Origin: an uncultured Gemmatimonadaceae bacterium
Lineage (GTDB): Bacteria; Gemmatimonadota; Gemmatimonadetes; Gemmatimonadales; GWC2-71-9
DNA length: 64,000 nucleotides
Direction of reading: 5' to 3'
Assembly: GCA_964638035.1 (NCBI GenBank)
Contig: CAZWXD010000001.1
Coordinates: 70,369-134,368 of the forward strand
Shown: positions 8,903 through 18,372 of the stretch, one piece after another
How the letters are laid out: every line of letters starts with the position of its first letter
Numbering within the stretch: the first letter of the stretch is position 1
Translations under genes and position numbers: made by a program
Notes under the pieces: generated by a model
Seen by the model: only the letters and a program-made list of their open reading frames with translations
Told to the model about the DNA's origin: nothing
Databases searched by the model: none

Positions 8903-11079
8903 CCGCAGTACTCGTCCTCCACCGAGCCCCACCCGACACCATCAATCCGTTTGCCAGCGCCGCAACCCGGGCGCTGGTCGAGCGCGCCATGGAGCGGCAG
9001 CGTGGCCAGGATTCGCTGGTGCGCGACTACACCGCGGTCCTGCGCTATCGCCTCACCGTGTCGCTGGGCCGCCGGCGCTGGGGCCGGAGCGCGCCGGCGT
9101 CGGTGGAGGAGCAGGACGTGCGGGTCGAGTGGGCCGCACCAAACGACATCCGGGTGGAGGTGCTGGGCCGCCGGGCGCGCGCCCTCTCACCCGAACTGGG
9201 CCGCGAGAGCTGGAGCATCTGGGACCGGCCATGGTTCGTTCCCCGCGGGCTCAGCGACTCCATCCGCATCTTCAGCGACGAGTTCCCGGCGATCGCCCCG
9301 CTGCACCCACTCGCCGCGGACGGGCCGCAGTGGTACCGGTACGAACTCACCGACAGCGCCGCGATGACGCTGCCGAACGGCAAGCGGATCAAGGTGCTGG
9401 CGGTGGACGTGACGCCGGCCCGCGAGGGCCCCGCACTGGTGGTGGGACGACTCTGGCTCGATGCGGCCACCTCCGAGACGGTGCGCTTTGCCTTCCGCTA
9501 CGTGGGGAAGGGCCTCTGGGTGGCCCCCGAGGGGGAAACACGCAAGGACTCGTCGAACGCGCGGCGCGCCAATGGCATCATCAACCGGCTGTTCACCCTC
9601 GACGTGGACCTCGAGTACGGGCTGCAGGATGGGCAGTACTGGATGCCCTGGCGCCAGACCATCGCGGGACGCGTGTCCATCCCGCTGGTGAGCGACCTGG
9701 TGATCCCGTTCGAGGCCGTCACCACCTTCCGCAACTACGAGATCAACACCGGGCACGTGCCTGCGTTCACGCTCGAGGCGCCGGTGGCGGGCCTGTCGCG
9801 CGACAGCGCCCTGGCCCGCTGGCGGGCCCGGCAGGACACCTTGCGCAAGGCGCGCCGCAGCGGCGAGGTGCCCGACAGCCTCTGGGCGCGCGACTACGCC
9901 GGCTTCTGGCAGGACGGCCGCTTCGAGGTGCACCGGCCCTCGAAGGATTCGCTGGCCCGCTACCAGGGCTGGGGCGACTCGCTGCAGCTGGGTGCTGGTC
10001 CGGACGACAAGGACCGGGTCCGGGACATCGAGGGCGAGCTGGGCCGCATGGCAGAAAGGCTTCCGGGCGACCTGACCGGCGACCGACCGGTCCGCTTTGC
10101 CATGCAGCGCCCGGGCGACCTCGTGGGCTTCAACCGGGTACAGGGCTGGTCGCTGGGTGCCGGCATCGGGGTGAAGGTGCCGGGGGTGAGCTTCACCGAT
10201 GCCTACGGCACGATCCGCTATGGCTTCAGCGACCAGCGCGTGACGGGGCGCCTGGGCGTGATCCGGAACGGGCCGGGATGGAAGCTCACGGTGGACGGCT
10301 ACCACGACATCGTGGACCAGGACCCGGTCTCGCCCGGCCGCAACCTCGCGAACAGCGTGAATGCAGCCTTCACCACGCACGACAACGCCGACTACATGGC
10401 GGCCACTGGTGGCGGCGCGCGGCTGCAGCTGCCGTGGACCGAGTCGCTCGAGTTCCAGGTGGGTGCCAGCGTCGAGGAGCAGTTGAGCGTGGCCCGTGAG
10501 GCACGCTCGGGACTCAACGACTTCTTCGGCGGCACCGGCGTGATGCTGGAGAACACGCCGGTCACGGAGGGCACCTTCGTCGGCGCCCGCGCGGGGCTGA
10601 GCCACCGCGGCACCTTCCGCTGGGCCGTGCATGCCGACCTGCTCGCCGGTGCCGGGACCGAAACCGGGCGGCTCTGGGGCGAGGCCCGTTATGGCGTGGG
10701 GCGGTCGTCTGGCGCCACCCTGCGTGCCAAGGCCGGCATCGCCTCGTCGCCGGCCCTGCCGCAGATGGAGTTCCGCGTGGGCGGACAGCAGACGGTTCGC
10801 ATGTACGACTACGGGCTCCAGCATGGGCAGGCGTTCTGGGCGGCACAGCTCGACGTCGTGCCGCTGGGTGGATGGTTCCGTCCCGTGGCCTTCGCCGACG
10901 TGGGCTGGGCCGGTAACGCGGAGCACTTCGGCGAGTCACCGCTCGTGGGCGTGGGGCTTGGCGTGTCCCTCTACAGCAAGCTCTTCCGCATGGGCGTGAT
11001 CCGCTTCGACCTGAGCCGCGGCCTCTCGCCCGACCATCCCACGCTCCGGTTCGACATCGTCTTCCAGGCGGTGCGGTGA
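8878..11079 (+). CDS. Outer-membrane beta-barrel protein (Omp85/surface-antigen-like C-terminus)
   Basis: N-terminal hydrophobic segment MGAILATLTAVLVL. C-terminal alternating beta pattern ...GVGLGVSLYSKLFRMGVIRFDLSRG...RFDIVFQAVR. ATG 8878 chosen inside track ORF 8830. Confidence 0.55.
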   Translation: MGAILATLTAVLVLHRAPPDTINPFASAATRALVERAMERQRGQDSLVRDYTAVLRYRLTVSLGRRRWGRSAPASVEEQDVRVEWAAPNDIRVEVLGRRARALSPELGRESWSIWDRPWFVPRGLSDSIRIFSDEFPAIAPLHPLAADGPQWYRYELTDSAAMTLPNGKRIKVLAVDVTPAREGPALVVGRLWLDAATSETVRFAFRYVGKGLWVAPEGETRKDSSNARRANGIINRLFTLDVDLEYGLQDGQYWMPWRQTIAGRVSIPLVSDLVIPFEAVTTFRNYEINTGHVPAFTLEAPVAGLSRDSALARWRARQDTLRKARRSGEVPDSLWARDYAGFWQDGRFEVHRPSKDSLARYQGWGDSLQLGAGPDDKDRVRDIEGELGRMAERLPGDLTGDRPVRFAMQRPGDLVGFNRVQGWSLGAGIGVKVPGVSFTDAYGTIRYGFSDQRVTGRLGVIRNGPGWKLTVDGYHDIVDQDPVSPGRNLANSVNAAFTTHDNADYMAATGGGARLQLPWTESLEFQVGASVEEQLSVAREARSGLNDFFGGTGVMLENTPVTEGTFVGARAGLSHRGTFRWAVHADLLAGAGTETGRLWGEARYGVGRSSGATLRAKAGIASSPALPQMEFRVGGQQTVRMYDYGLQHGQAFWAAQLDVVPLGGWFRPVAFADVGWAGNAEHFGESPLVGVGLGVSLYSKLFRMGVIRFDLSRGLSPDHPTLRFDIVFQAVR

Positions 11080-11609
11080 AGCGCGGGATGCGCCTCCCGG
11101 TCGCCGCGGCGGTCGCACTCGTCATGCTCCCGGGATGCAGGAGCGCCAGGTCGGCCGGCCAGGTCTCGGCCGAGTGGACCAGCGCCGACACCACGATCGG
11201 TTCCGGGAAGCTGGCCCAGGCCGCCACGGCGACCTGGTGCCCGCAGTCGGGCATCCTCATGCTGGTGGCGAGTGGCGCCGACACTGGCGTGGCGGTCCGG
11301 TACCGGTCCGATGCGATTCGCGGCGGCGAGTACCCGGTGGTGGACACGACCTCCACCCGCCAGCCGGCGGGGATCGTGGCCCTCCGCCTTCCGCAGGCGA
11401 CCAGGCTCCTCGCCTTCAGCAGCGACTCGGGGACGCTCACCCTCGATCCCACCGACGGCGCCCTGGTCTCGGGCCGATTCCAGGCCTGGTTCCGCGAACC
11501 TGGCACCGGGGTGCCCGTCGCGCTGGCCGGGCGGTTCACCCGTGTGGCGGTGACCCCGGAAGCGCCAGGATGCGAGGCCGCCCTCCGGCCCACTGCATCC
11601 CCGCAGTAA
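11076..11609 (+). CDS. Lipoprotein, hypothetical
   Basis: Lipobox VMLPGC. Start overlaps the upstream stop (GTGA). Confidence 0.65.
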   Translation: MKRGMRLPVAAAVALVMLPGCRSARSAGQVSAEWTSADTTIGSGKLAQAATATWCPQSGILMLVASGADTGVAVRYRSDAIRGGEYPVVDTTSTRQPAGIVALRLPQATRLLAFSSDSGTLTLDPTDGALVSGRFQAWFREPGTGVPVALAGRFTRVAVTPEAPGCEAALRPTASPQ

Positions 11610-11617
11610 CTTCCGGC

Positions 11618-12862
11618 ATGCAGAACGGGACCTACTTCCGCCGAGGCTTCGGGCTCAAGGGCGCCATCGAGGGCCAGTTGAGCGCCGACTACCACAGTGG
11701 CGTGGTGGACGCCCTCCGGGAGCACGGGAACACGCTCGCCGTGGGACCGCTCACCTTCCGGCTCGCGCGCGAATTCGGCTTCTGCTACGGTGTTGACCGC
11801 GCCGTCGAGTACGCGTACGAAACCCGCCACAAGTTCCCCGGCCGGCGGCTCCTCCTGGTGGGGGAGATCATCCACAACCCGCACGTGAACCGGAAGCTGG
11901 AGCTGATGGGAATCACCTTCCTCCAGCACGGTGCGGATGGGGAGTTCGACTTTTCGGGCGTGCGGCCCGATGACGTGGTGATCCTGCCGGCCTTTGGCGT
12001 GACCATTCGCGACTTCGAGCGCCTGCGTGCCATCGGGTGCGTGATGGTGGACACCACCTGCGGCTCGGTGCTCAACGTCTGGAAGCGGGTGGAGGGGTAT
12101 GCCCGGGACGGCTTCACCGCGGTGATCCACGGGAAGCACTACCACGAGGAAACCAAGGCCACCGCCAGCCAGGTGGACCGGCACCCCGGCGGGAAGTACC
12201 TGGTGGTGTTCGACATGGCCGAGGTGCGCGCGGTGTGCGACTTCATCGAGCAGGGCGGGGACGCCGGCGAGCTCGCCCGGCGCTTCGCCGGGAAGCACTC
12301 GCCGGGGTTCGACTTTGCCCGCGACCTCGAGCGGGTCGGCGTGGCCAACCAGACCACGATGCTGTCGAGCGAGTCGCTGGCGATTGCCGCAGAGATTCGC
12401 GCCAGCATGGAGCGCCGGCATGGGGCGGAGGCGCTGGCGGCCCACTTCCGGTCGTTCGACACGATCTGCTCTGCCACCCAGGAGCGGCAGGATGCCGTCC
12501 TCCGCCTGCTGGAGGAGCCCCTCGACGTCATGGTGGTCGTGGGCGGCTACAACTCCAGCAACACCTGCAACCTGGCGGCGCTGGTGCACTCCCGCGAGGT
12601 CCCGGTGTTCCACATCGAGGATGCCGCCGGGGTGGAGCCGGCCAGCGGCACCATCCGCCACCGCGACGTGCGTACCCGCCGGGAGGTGGAGACGGCCCGG
12701 TGGCTGGGTGCGTCCCGCATCATCGGCATCACCGCCGGGGCCTCCACCCCGAACAACAAGGTGGGCGAGACCATCGCGCGCATCTGTGCGTCCGCCGGGC
12801 TGGCGGACGAGCTGCAGGCCGTCCTTACCGCAACAGCATCCGCGCCACCGCCACCAGCGTAA
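11618..12862 (+). CDS. ispH: 4-hydroxy-3-methylbut-2-enyl diphosphate reductase (long form)
   Basis: FGFCYGVDRAVEYAYE...HNPHVN...TTCGSVLNVWKRV...NSSNT motifs. ATG 11618 chosen inside track ORF 11135. Confidence 0.9.
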   Translation: MQNGTYFRRGFGLKGAIEGQLSADYHSGVVDALREHGNTLAVGPLTFRLAREFGFCYGVDRAVEYAYETRHKFPGRRLLLVGEIIHNPHVNRKLELMGITFLQHGADGEFDFSGVRPDDVVILPAFGVTIRDFERLRAIGCVMVDTTCGSVLNVWKRVEGYARDGFTAVIHGKHYHEETKATASQVDRHPGGKYLVVFDMAEVRAVCDFIEQGGDAGELARRFAGKHSPGFDFARDLERVGVANQTTMLSSESLAIAAEIRASMERRHGAEALAAHFRSFDTICSATQERQDAVLRLLEEPLDVMVVVGGYNSSNTCNLAALVHSREVPVFHIEDAAGVEPASGTIRHRDVRTRREVETARWLGASRIIGITAGASTPNNKVGETIARICASAGLADELQAVLTATASAPPPPA

Positions 12863-13826
12863 GCGGCGCACTCCCCTCGGCGCGGTTGTTCGCGATCACC
12901 CACGCGGGGAGCCGGAGGGCCAGCGCGGTGCGGATGAGGTTCACAAGGTCTGCTCGCAACGCCGGCTGCGCATCCTGGATCCGGTCGTACGGCGCAAACG
13001 CCTCCACGGCATCCTCGTAGCTCCGCCCGGGGCGCAGCAGCGCCCGGCAGAGGAGGAACGGCCCCGTGAGCACATCCGGCAGCGTGAGCTGCTCCCCGAT
13101 CGACGGCATCCGCGTCCACGAGTTGAACACGTGCGCCACGCCGTGTTCCCGGAGCACCGCGAAGTAGGGCGGCTCCAGGAACTCGGGGTTGCGCACCTCC
13201 ACGGCCCACGGGGCGCCGCGGGGCAGGGCACTGAAGAACCGGTCGAGGCGCTCGGCGAATGCTGCCGGGGACAGCGCCCCCGGCCCATGCTGCGGTATGG
13301 CCTGGAACTCGAACACGAGCGGGCCGGCGTGGCCGGCGAAGCTCGCCTGCATGGGGTGGTAGACCATCTCGAGGAAGTACGCCGGGTCGAGGAAGTGCGG
13401 GTTCTGCTGGCCGGCCCGCGCCCGGTCCTGCACCCTGGTCCAGGTGTGCACCGTGATGGCCTGCCACACCTTGCTGACGCAGGGGAAGCCCGGCGGCAGC
13501 GAGTCGTTCCAGGCGCGGAAGGTGGCCTCGGTGGGCGGACCGTAGAAGCTCGAGTCGATCCCGACAGTGCGGAAGAGGGGGAACCGGGCGTACTCCCCCA
13601 GCATCGCGGCCGATGCGCCCCGCTCCCGGTACTCCCTGTGATAGACCAGCCCACGCCAGCCCGGGTAGTTCCAGGAGGAGGTGCCCAGCCGGATCGAGGC
13701 CGGAATCGAGGCGGCGAGCTGCGCCAGCTCCTCCGGGGAGGGCGCTGCGTCCCCGCCTTCAGGGTGCGGCGGGGACGATCCTGAGGACGCTTCCGGCGGT
13801 AAGGACATAGAGTTCCCCAGCGTCAT
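12825..13826 (-). CDS. DUF72 (YecE-like) family protein
   Basis: IRLGTSSWNYPGWRGLVY...FEFQ...NSW pattern. Start uncertain: ATG 13826 or 13808, TTG 13835. Confidence 0.8.
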   Translation of the reverse strand: MTLGNSMSLPPEASSGSSPPHPEGGDAAPSPEELAQLAASIPASIRLGTSSWNYPGWRGLVYHREYRERGASAAMLGEYARFPLFRTVGIDSSFYGPPTEATFRAWNDSLPPGFPCVSKVWQAITVHTWTRVQDRARAGQQNPHFLDPAYFLEMVYHPMQASFAGHAGPLVFEFQAIPQHGPGALSPAAFAERLDRFFSALPRGAPWAVEVRNPEFLEPPYFAVLREHGVAHVFNSWTRMPSIGEQLTLPDVLTGPFLLCRALLRPGRSYEDAVEAFAPYDRIQDAQPALRADLVNLIRTALALRLPAWVIANNRAEGSAPLTLVAVARMLLR

Positions 13827-14924
13827 CCTCGCCAAAACTGAGTACGGCCTCGTCCGGCGCGAGCGCCGTCTCCTGCCGGGCCGTGGCGTCGCCCCCCTGG
13901 TAGCGGAACGTCCGGATCCACCCGCCGCAGTAGTCGGAGTAGAAGTATGTCCCCTGCAGGGCCGGCATGGCGGAACCCCGGTACACGAAGCCGCCCGTCA
14001 CGGAGCAGCCATCGCCCCGGCCGTATTCCAGCACCGGCAGGGTGAGCCCGCCCATGTCGCAGCCGGTCGCGGGCTCGAAGCAATGCAGCCCCTCCATCAC
14101 ATTCCAGCCGAAGTTGGTGCCACGTCCCGCGCCATTGCTGGCGGCGACCACGTTCACCTCTTCCCAGGCATCCTGCCCCACGTCGGCAACGTACAGGTCG
14201 CCGGTCGCCCGGTCGAAGCTGAACCGCCACGGGTTCCGGAGGCCGTAGCTCCAGATCTCGCCGCGTGCGCCGGCCTCGCTGGTGAAGGGATTGCCAGCGG
14301 GGATGGTGTACCCGCTGGCCCCCGACACGTCGAGTCGCAGGATCGACCCGAGCAGGTCAGCGCGCGACTGGCCGGTGGCATCGGGGTCACCGCCGCCCCC
14401 GCCGTCCCCCCGGCCCACATACAGGTAGCCGTCGGCGCCGAACACGAGTGCCCGCCGTTGTGGTTGGAGCGGGGCTGTGGCACCACGAGCCGGATGGTGC
14501 CGGAGCCCGGGTCGGCGACGTTGGGGTCGGCGCTTATGATGAACGACTCCAGGACGTTGTCCCCGTCCAGGTTGCTGTAGCTTACGAAGAACCGGCCGTT
14601 GGTGGCGTAGTCGGGGTCGAAGGCGAGACCCAGCAGCCCCTGCTCGCCGCTGTCCCGGATGCGGGACTGGATGTCGAGGAAGGGCGTGTCGAGGAAGGCC
14701 CCGGCGGCATGGATGCGAACCACGCCGCGCTTTTCGGCAATGAAGAGCCGGGCATCGCCTGGCGGCGCGGTGAGCATCACGGGACTGTCGGCGGCGCCAA
14801 GCGGCTGCAGGGCGAGGGCGACCGGGTCGGGCGTGTCGTTGCCGTCGCCCGAGCTGCACGCACCGGCCACGAGCGCCATGGCAGGAAGGACCAGTCGGAG
14901 GATCGTGCAGTGACGCATCGGCAT
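13759..14924 (-). pseudogene. PQQ-dependent sugar (glucose/sorbosone) dehydrogenase lipoprotein, disrupted by a 1-nt frameshift
   Basis: N-terminal half (lipobox LVAGAC, GLLGLAFDPDY, ...PQPRSNHNGG) is in one frame. C-terminal half (LVFGADGYLYVGRGDGGGGGDP...GLRNPWRFSFD...GGFVYRG) is in the -1 frame. The junction at 14449-14450 leaves CA in place of a full codon. Confidence 0.75.
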
Positions 14925-14983
14925 GTGGCACTCCGTCGTGAGAATCCCGGCCCCACGTCGCGAACCGGCAGGTGCGTGGCCTG

Positions 14984-15973
14984 ATGCAAATGCGCGCCGC
15001 GTGGTTCCCCGCCGGTGGTGGACGCGAGCCCATCGAGTTCCGCACCGTCCCGCGCCCCAGCCCGGGTCCGCATGAGGTCCGGGTCCGGGTGCACGCCTCG
15101 GCCATCAACCGCGCCGACCTGCTCCAGCGCCGCGGAGGCTATCCCGCACCGCCCGGATGGCCCAGCCAGGTCCCGGGCCTCGAATACGCCGGGATCGTGG
15201 AGGCGCTGGGGCCCGGCGTGTCCCGCTGGCGCGAAGGTGACCGCGTCATGGGACTGGTGGGCGGCGGGGCCCAGGCCGAAACCGTCGTGGTGCACGAACT
15301 CGAGGCCATGCCGTCGCCTCGCGGGCTGAGCGATGCACAGGCTGCCGCAATTCCCGAGGCATTCATCACCGCCTGGGACGCCCTGGTGCACCGCGCGCGG
15401 GTGGTCCCGGGCCAGCGGGTCCTCGTGCACGCGATTGGCAGCGGCATCGGCACCGCGGCGGTGCAACTTGCGCGCCTGCTCCAGGTGCACATCATCGGCA
15501 CGTCGCGGACACCAGCAAAACTCGAACGGCTGCGTGAAATGGGCCTGCACGAAGCCATCGACACCAGTGGCGCTTCGTTCGGCACGCAATTGTCCGAACC
15601 GGTGCATGCGATCATCGACTCACTTGGCGCACCGGCCCTCGCGGAGAACCTTGCCGCACTCCACCGCGGAGGCCGGCTCGTGCTGCTGGGCATGCTGCAG
15701 GGAAGTCAGGGCGACATTGACCTGGGTGTCGTGCTGCGGCAGCGACTCGAGATCGTGGGCACCGTGATGCGGTCCCGCGGCCATGAGGAGCGCGTGGCGA
15801 CCGTCGCCGACTTCACGGAGCGCGTCCTCCCGTACTTCTCGCTGGCCCCCGGGCCGGGTGTGGCGCGCCTGGCGCCCGTGGTGGACGCCATCCTGCCGAT
15901 GGACGAACTGGAGCGTGCGCACGAGCTGGTGGCGTCCAACGCCACGTTCGGCAAGGTGGTGGTGAGCTGGTAG
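14984..15973 (+). CDS. NADPH:quinone oxidoreductase (zinc-type ADH/MDR family)
   Basis: VRVHASAINRADLLQRRGGYP...PGLEYAGIV...VLVHAIGSGIGTAAVQLA. Confidence 0.8.
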   Translation: MQMRAAWFPAGGGREPIEFRTVPRPSPGPHEVRVRVHASAINRADLLQRRGGYPAPPGWPSQVPGLEYAGIVEALGPGVSRWREGDRVMGLVGGGAQAETVVVHELEAMPSPRGLSDAQAAAIPEAFITAWDALVHRARVVPGQRVLVHAIGSGIGTAAVQLARLLQVHIIGTSRTPAKLERLREMGLHEAIDTSGASFGTQLSEPVHAIIDSLGAPALAENLAALHRGGRLVLLGMLQGSQGDIDLGVVLRQRLEIVGTVMRSRGHEERVATVADFTERVLPYFSLAPGPGVARLAPVVDAILPMDELERAHELVASNATFGKVVVSW

Positions 15974-15990
15974 GTGCGGCTCTGGCTGCC

Positions 15991-16143
15991 TCAGCCGCAG
16001 CGGCCCCATCCGCAGTGGCGGCAGGAGGCGCATCCGGAGGCTCGGACCACCGGACCGGCGCATTCGGGGCACACGCGGATGTTGTTGCTTACAAAGGGGT
16101 TGCCCTGCTTGAAGACCGTGGGCTGAAGCTGCGGCGAGGCCAT
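15991..16143 (-). CDS. Small (50 aa) Cys-rich zinc-ribbon-like protein, unlisted ORF
   Basis: MASPQLQPTVFKQGNPFVSNNIRVCPECAGPVVRASGCASCRHCGWGRCG. GGAG lies 6 nt upstream of ATG 16143. Below the size cutoff of the ORF track. Confidence 0.45.
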   Translation of the reverse strand: MASPQLQPTVFKQGNPFVSNNIRVCPECAGPVVRASGCASCRHCGWGRCG

Positions 16144-16222
16144 CACGTGCTCCGGGAGGCGGCGAGCTTCAACCTACCGAATAAACACCGAAAGTCAATG
16201 TGCGTTTTCGTGCTTGCGCGCC

Positions 16223-16633
16223 CTACGGTCTGCGCCGGCGTCTCGCGGCGGCGTGTTCGAGCGGTGCGGCGAAGTCATCGTCTTCGGCGGGGTGCCACGT
16301 CAGGTCAAGTGCCAGGAACAGGGTGTGGGAATACGGGTAGAAGGCCACTGGCGTCGCCAGGAGCAACCCGATGGTGCTGAGCTGCAGGAAGCGCCAGGGA
16401 ATGGCGGGCCAGCTCAGGGTGATCACCAGGAGCCACCACACGCTGAACACCACGTCGATCGCGACCAGTCCCACGAAGTAGGCACCCAGCCAATAGCCCT
16501 GCTCGCCGCGCTCGAAGGTGAGCCCGCAACTCGGGCAGGCGGGCACCATGCGGAACCAGGTGACGAACACCGGACCGCCGCCGCAGTGCGGGCAACGGAG
16601 TCGCAGGGCGCGTGCAATGCGGGCGCGAATCAT
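16223..16633 (-). CDS. DUF983 family membrane protein
   Basis: CPHCGGG...CPSCG zinc ribbon followed by two TM helices. ATGA overlap with the upstream hydrolase. Confidence 0.75.
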   Translation of the reverse strand: MIRARIARALRLRCPHCGGGPVFVTWFRMVPACPSCGLTFERGEQGYWLGAYFVGLVAIDVVFSVWWLLVITLSWPAIPWRFLQLSTIGLLLATPVAFYPYSHTLFLALDLTWHPAEDDDFAAPLEHAAARRRRRP

Positions 16634-17472
16634 GGCTGCGGGAGGGCGAGTGCGAGCCAGCCCTCGAGGTCGGTGAGCCGGGCTTCGTGGCCAACGTCGG
16701 CGTAGAGCGCATGCCAGGCTCCGGGGTACTCCCGGAGCGTGACGCGGCCCGGCTGCGCCCGGGCCAGGCGCTGGCTTCCATCGATGGACACCATCTGGTC
16801 GTCGGTACCATGCTGCAGCAGCACGGGCTCCCGGAAGGCTTCACTGTCGCGATGGATGCGTGCCCGGGTGCTGAGCGTTTCCGTGGCGAGGCGCGCCGAC
16901 GCCCATCGATGAAAGAGGGGATCGTCCCGGATGGCCTGCCGCACCGCCGGGTCGTGCGCCACCTTCGCCAGGTCGAGCGCGGTCTGCCACCGGAAGCGGG
17001 GCCATGCGCGCGAGAGTGCGCGGGCCAGTGCCAGGAGGATCGGTGGGGTGCCGATCGTGCCGAGTGGCGGTGCCGACGCGGCGACGGCCTGCACCACGCC
17101 GGGATGTTCAAGGGCGTAGTCGAGCACCATGAGGCCGCCCAGGCTGTGGCCCAGCAGGACGACCGGGCCTCGCTCCTGCTCCTGGACCAGCTGAATGAAG
17201 CGATGCAGGTCGTCGCGGTAGCAGCTCCACCGGTCGACATGGCCCTGGCGGCCAGGTGACCGTCCATTGCCCCGGGCGTCGAACATCCACACTGGAATGC
17301 CGCGGGCAGTGAAGTGCGCCACCACGGTCGGATAGAGGCCGCTGTGGTCGCCCAGCCCGTGGATGTTCACCAGGACGTAGCGACCCCGCGGGCCCTGCGG
17401 CGCATGACGAACCCACCACAACTCGAGGCCGTCACTGGTCCTGAACCGTCCCGTGCCTGGTCCGGGGCTCAT
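16630..17472 (-). CDS. Alpha/beta hydrolase (lysophospholipase/monoacylglycerol-lipase-like)
   Basis: NIHGLGDHSG...LLGHSLGG...GTDD...WH. ATG 17472 chosen inside track ORF 16630..17805. Confidence 0.8.
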   Translation of the reverse strand: MSPGPGTGRFRTSDGLELWWVRHAPQGPRGRYVLVNIHGLGDHSGLYPTVVAHFTARGIPVWMFDARGNGRSPGRQGHVDRWSCYRDDLHRFIQLVQEQERGPVVLLGHSLGGLMVLDYALEHPGVVQAVAASAPPLGTIGTPPILLALARALSRAWPRFRWQTALDLAKVAHDPAVRQAIRDDPLFHRWASARLATETLSTRARIHRDSEAFREPVLLQHGTDDQMVSIDGSQRLARAQPGRVTLREYPGAWHALYADVGHEARLTDLEGWLALALPQP

Positions 17473-17972
17473 GTCACGACCCGCGTGACCACGTCCTCCG
17501 GAAGCCAGGAGTCGTCCCGCCCAACCTGCCCGACCGCCCGGGTGGTCATTGCCGGTGGAATGTCGGGCGGGCGGTCGTTGGTGCCGAAGGTCAGGAGGAA
17601 CGCTGCAGTGCCGGCGTTCCGCGCGTGCTCGCGGACCAGGGCACTGAGCGCGCCGTCGTCGGGCGCTGGCCCCGGGGCGGCGCTCCGGTGGCGGGCGAGC
17701 GCGGTGGCCACATCCTGGCGTGAGGCGCGGAGGGCGCGATAGCGGTCGCGCAGGTGCGCCTCGTCGGTGCGGGGCGGGGGAAACCGCGTCGGTACCAGGC
17801 GGCACGCGCAGCGTCCGGCCCGGAGCATCACCGCCGTGTGGGCGTTGGACACGAGCCGTCGAAAGGGAACCTGCGCGTCGGGACCGATCGCATCAGCGGC
17901 CATCCCGCCGGGGAGCATCGAGCGCACTTCGCTCAGGGTGAGCGGACTGACGAGGACGAGGGAAAAGCACAT
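17469..17972 (-). CDS. Hypothetical protein
   Basis: 167-aa ORF with strong GC3. Stop overlaps the downstream start (ATGA). Confidence 0.55.
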   Translation of the reverse strand: MCFSLVLVSPLTLSEVRSMLPGGMAADAIGPDAQVPFRRLVSNAHTAVMLRAGRCACRLVPTRFPPPRTDEAHLRDRYRALRASRQDVATALARHRSAAPGPAPDDGALSALVREHARNAGTAAFLLTFGTNDRPPDIPPAMTTRAVGQVGRDDSWLPEDVVTRVVT

Positions 17973-18004
17973 AGTGGGAAGATGACGCCGTCCTGCCCTG
18001 CAGC

Positions 18005-18370
18005 CTACCGCTTGCCACGCCCCTTGAGGATCAGGGCCGCGGCCTCACCTGCCGGCCCGCCCTGGGTCGCGATACGCGTGAGGGTCGCGTCGTCCTGGTG
18101 ACCCAGCTGCGCCGCCAGCAGGACGATCATCGACCGGCGTGCCACGATCTCCTGGTCGTGCAGCGCCTGCTGGCGCGCGCGCCAGCCGAACCAGCCGGAG
18201 AGTAGCACGGCACCCAGGCCAACAGGCAGGCCGAGCGTCCCGGCGCTACGTGGGAGGTTGCCGCGGGCCGCAAGCAGGGCAACGCCCAGTGCCAGCAACC
18301 CGAGGACGCCGAGCAGCCACATCAGCCGGCGATACTCCGTGGCGCCATCACTCAGGGCCGCACGCGCCAT
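18005..18370 (-). CDS. Hypothetical membrane protein
   Basis: Two predicted TM helices (LMWLLGVLGLLALGVALLAA and LPVGLGAVLLSGWFGW). Starts 2 nt after the cpn10-like stop. Confidence 0.55.
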   Translation of the reverse strand: MARAALSDGATEYRRLMWLLGVLGLLALGVALLAARGNLPRSAGTLGLPVGLGAVLLSGWFGWRARQQALHDQEIVARRSMIVLLAAQLGHQDDATLTRIATQGGPAGEAAALILKGRGKR

Positions 18371-18372
18371 GG

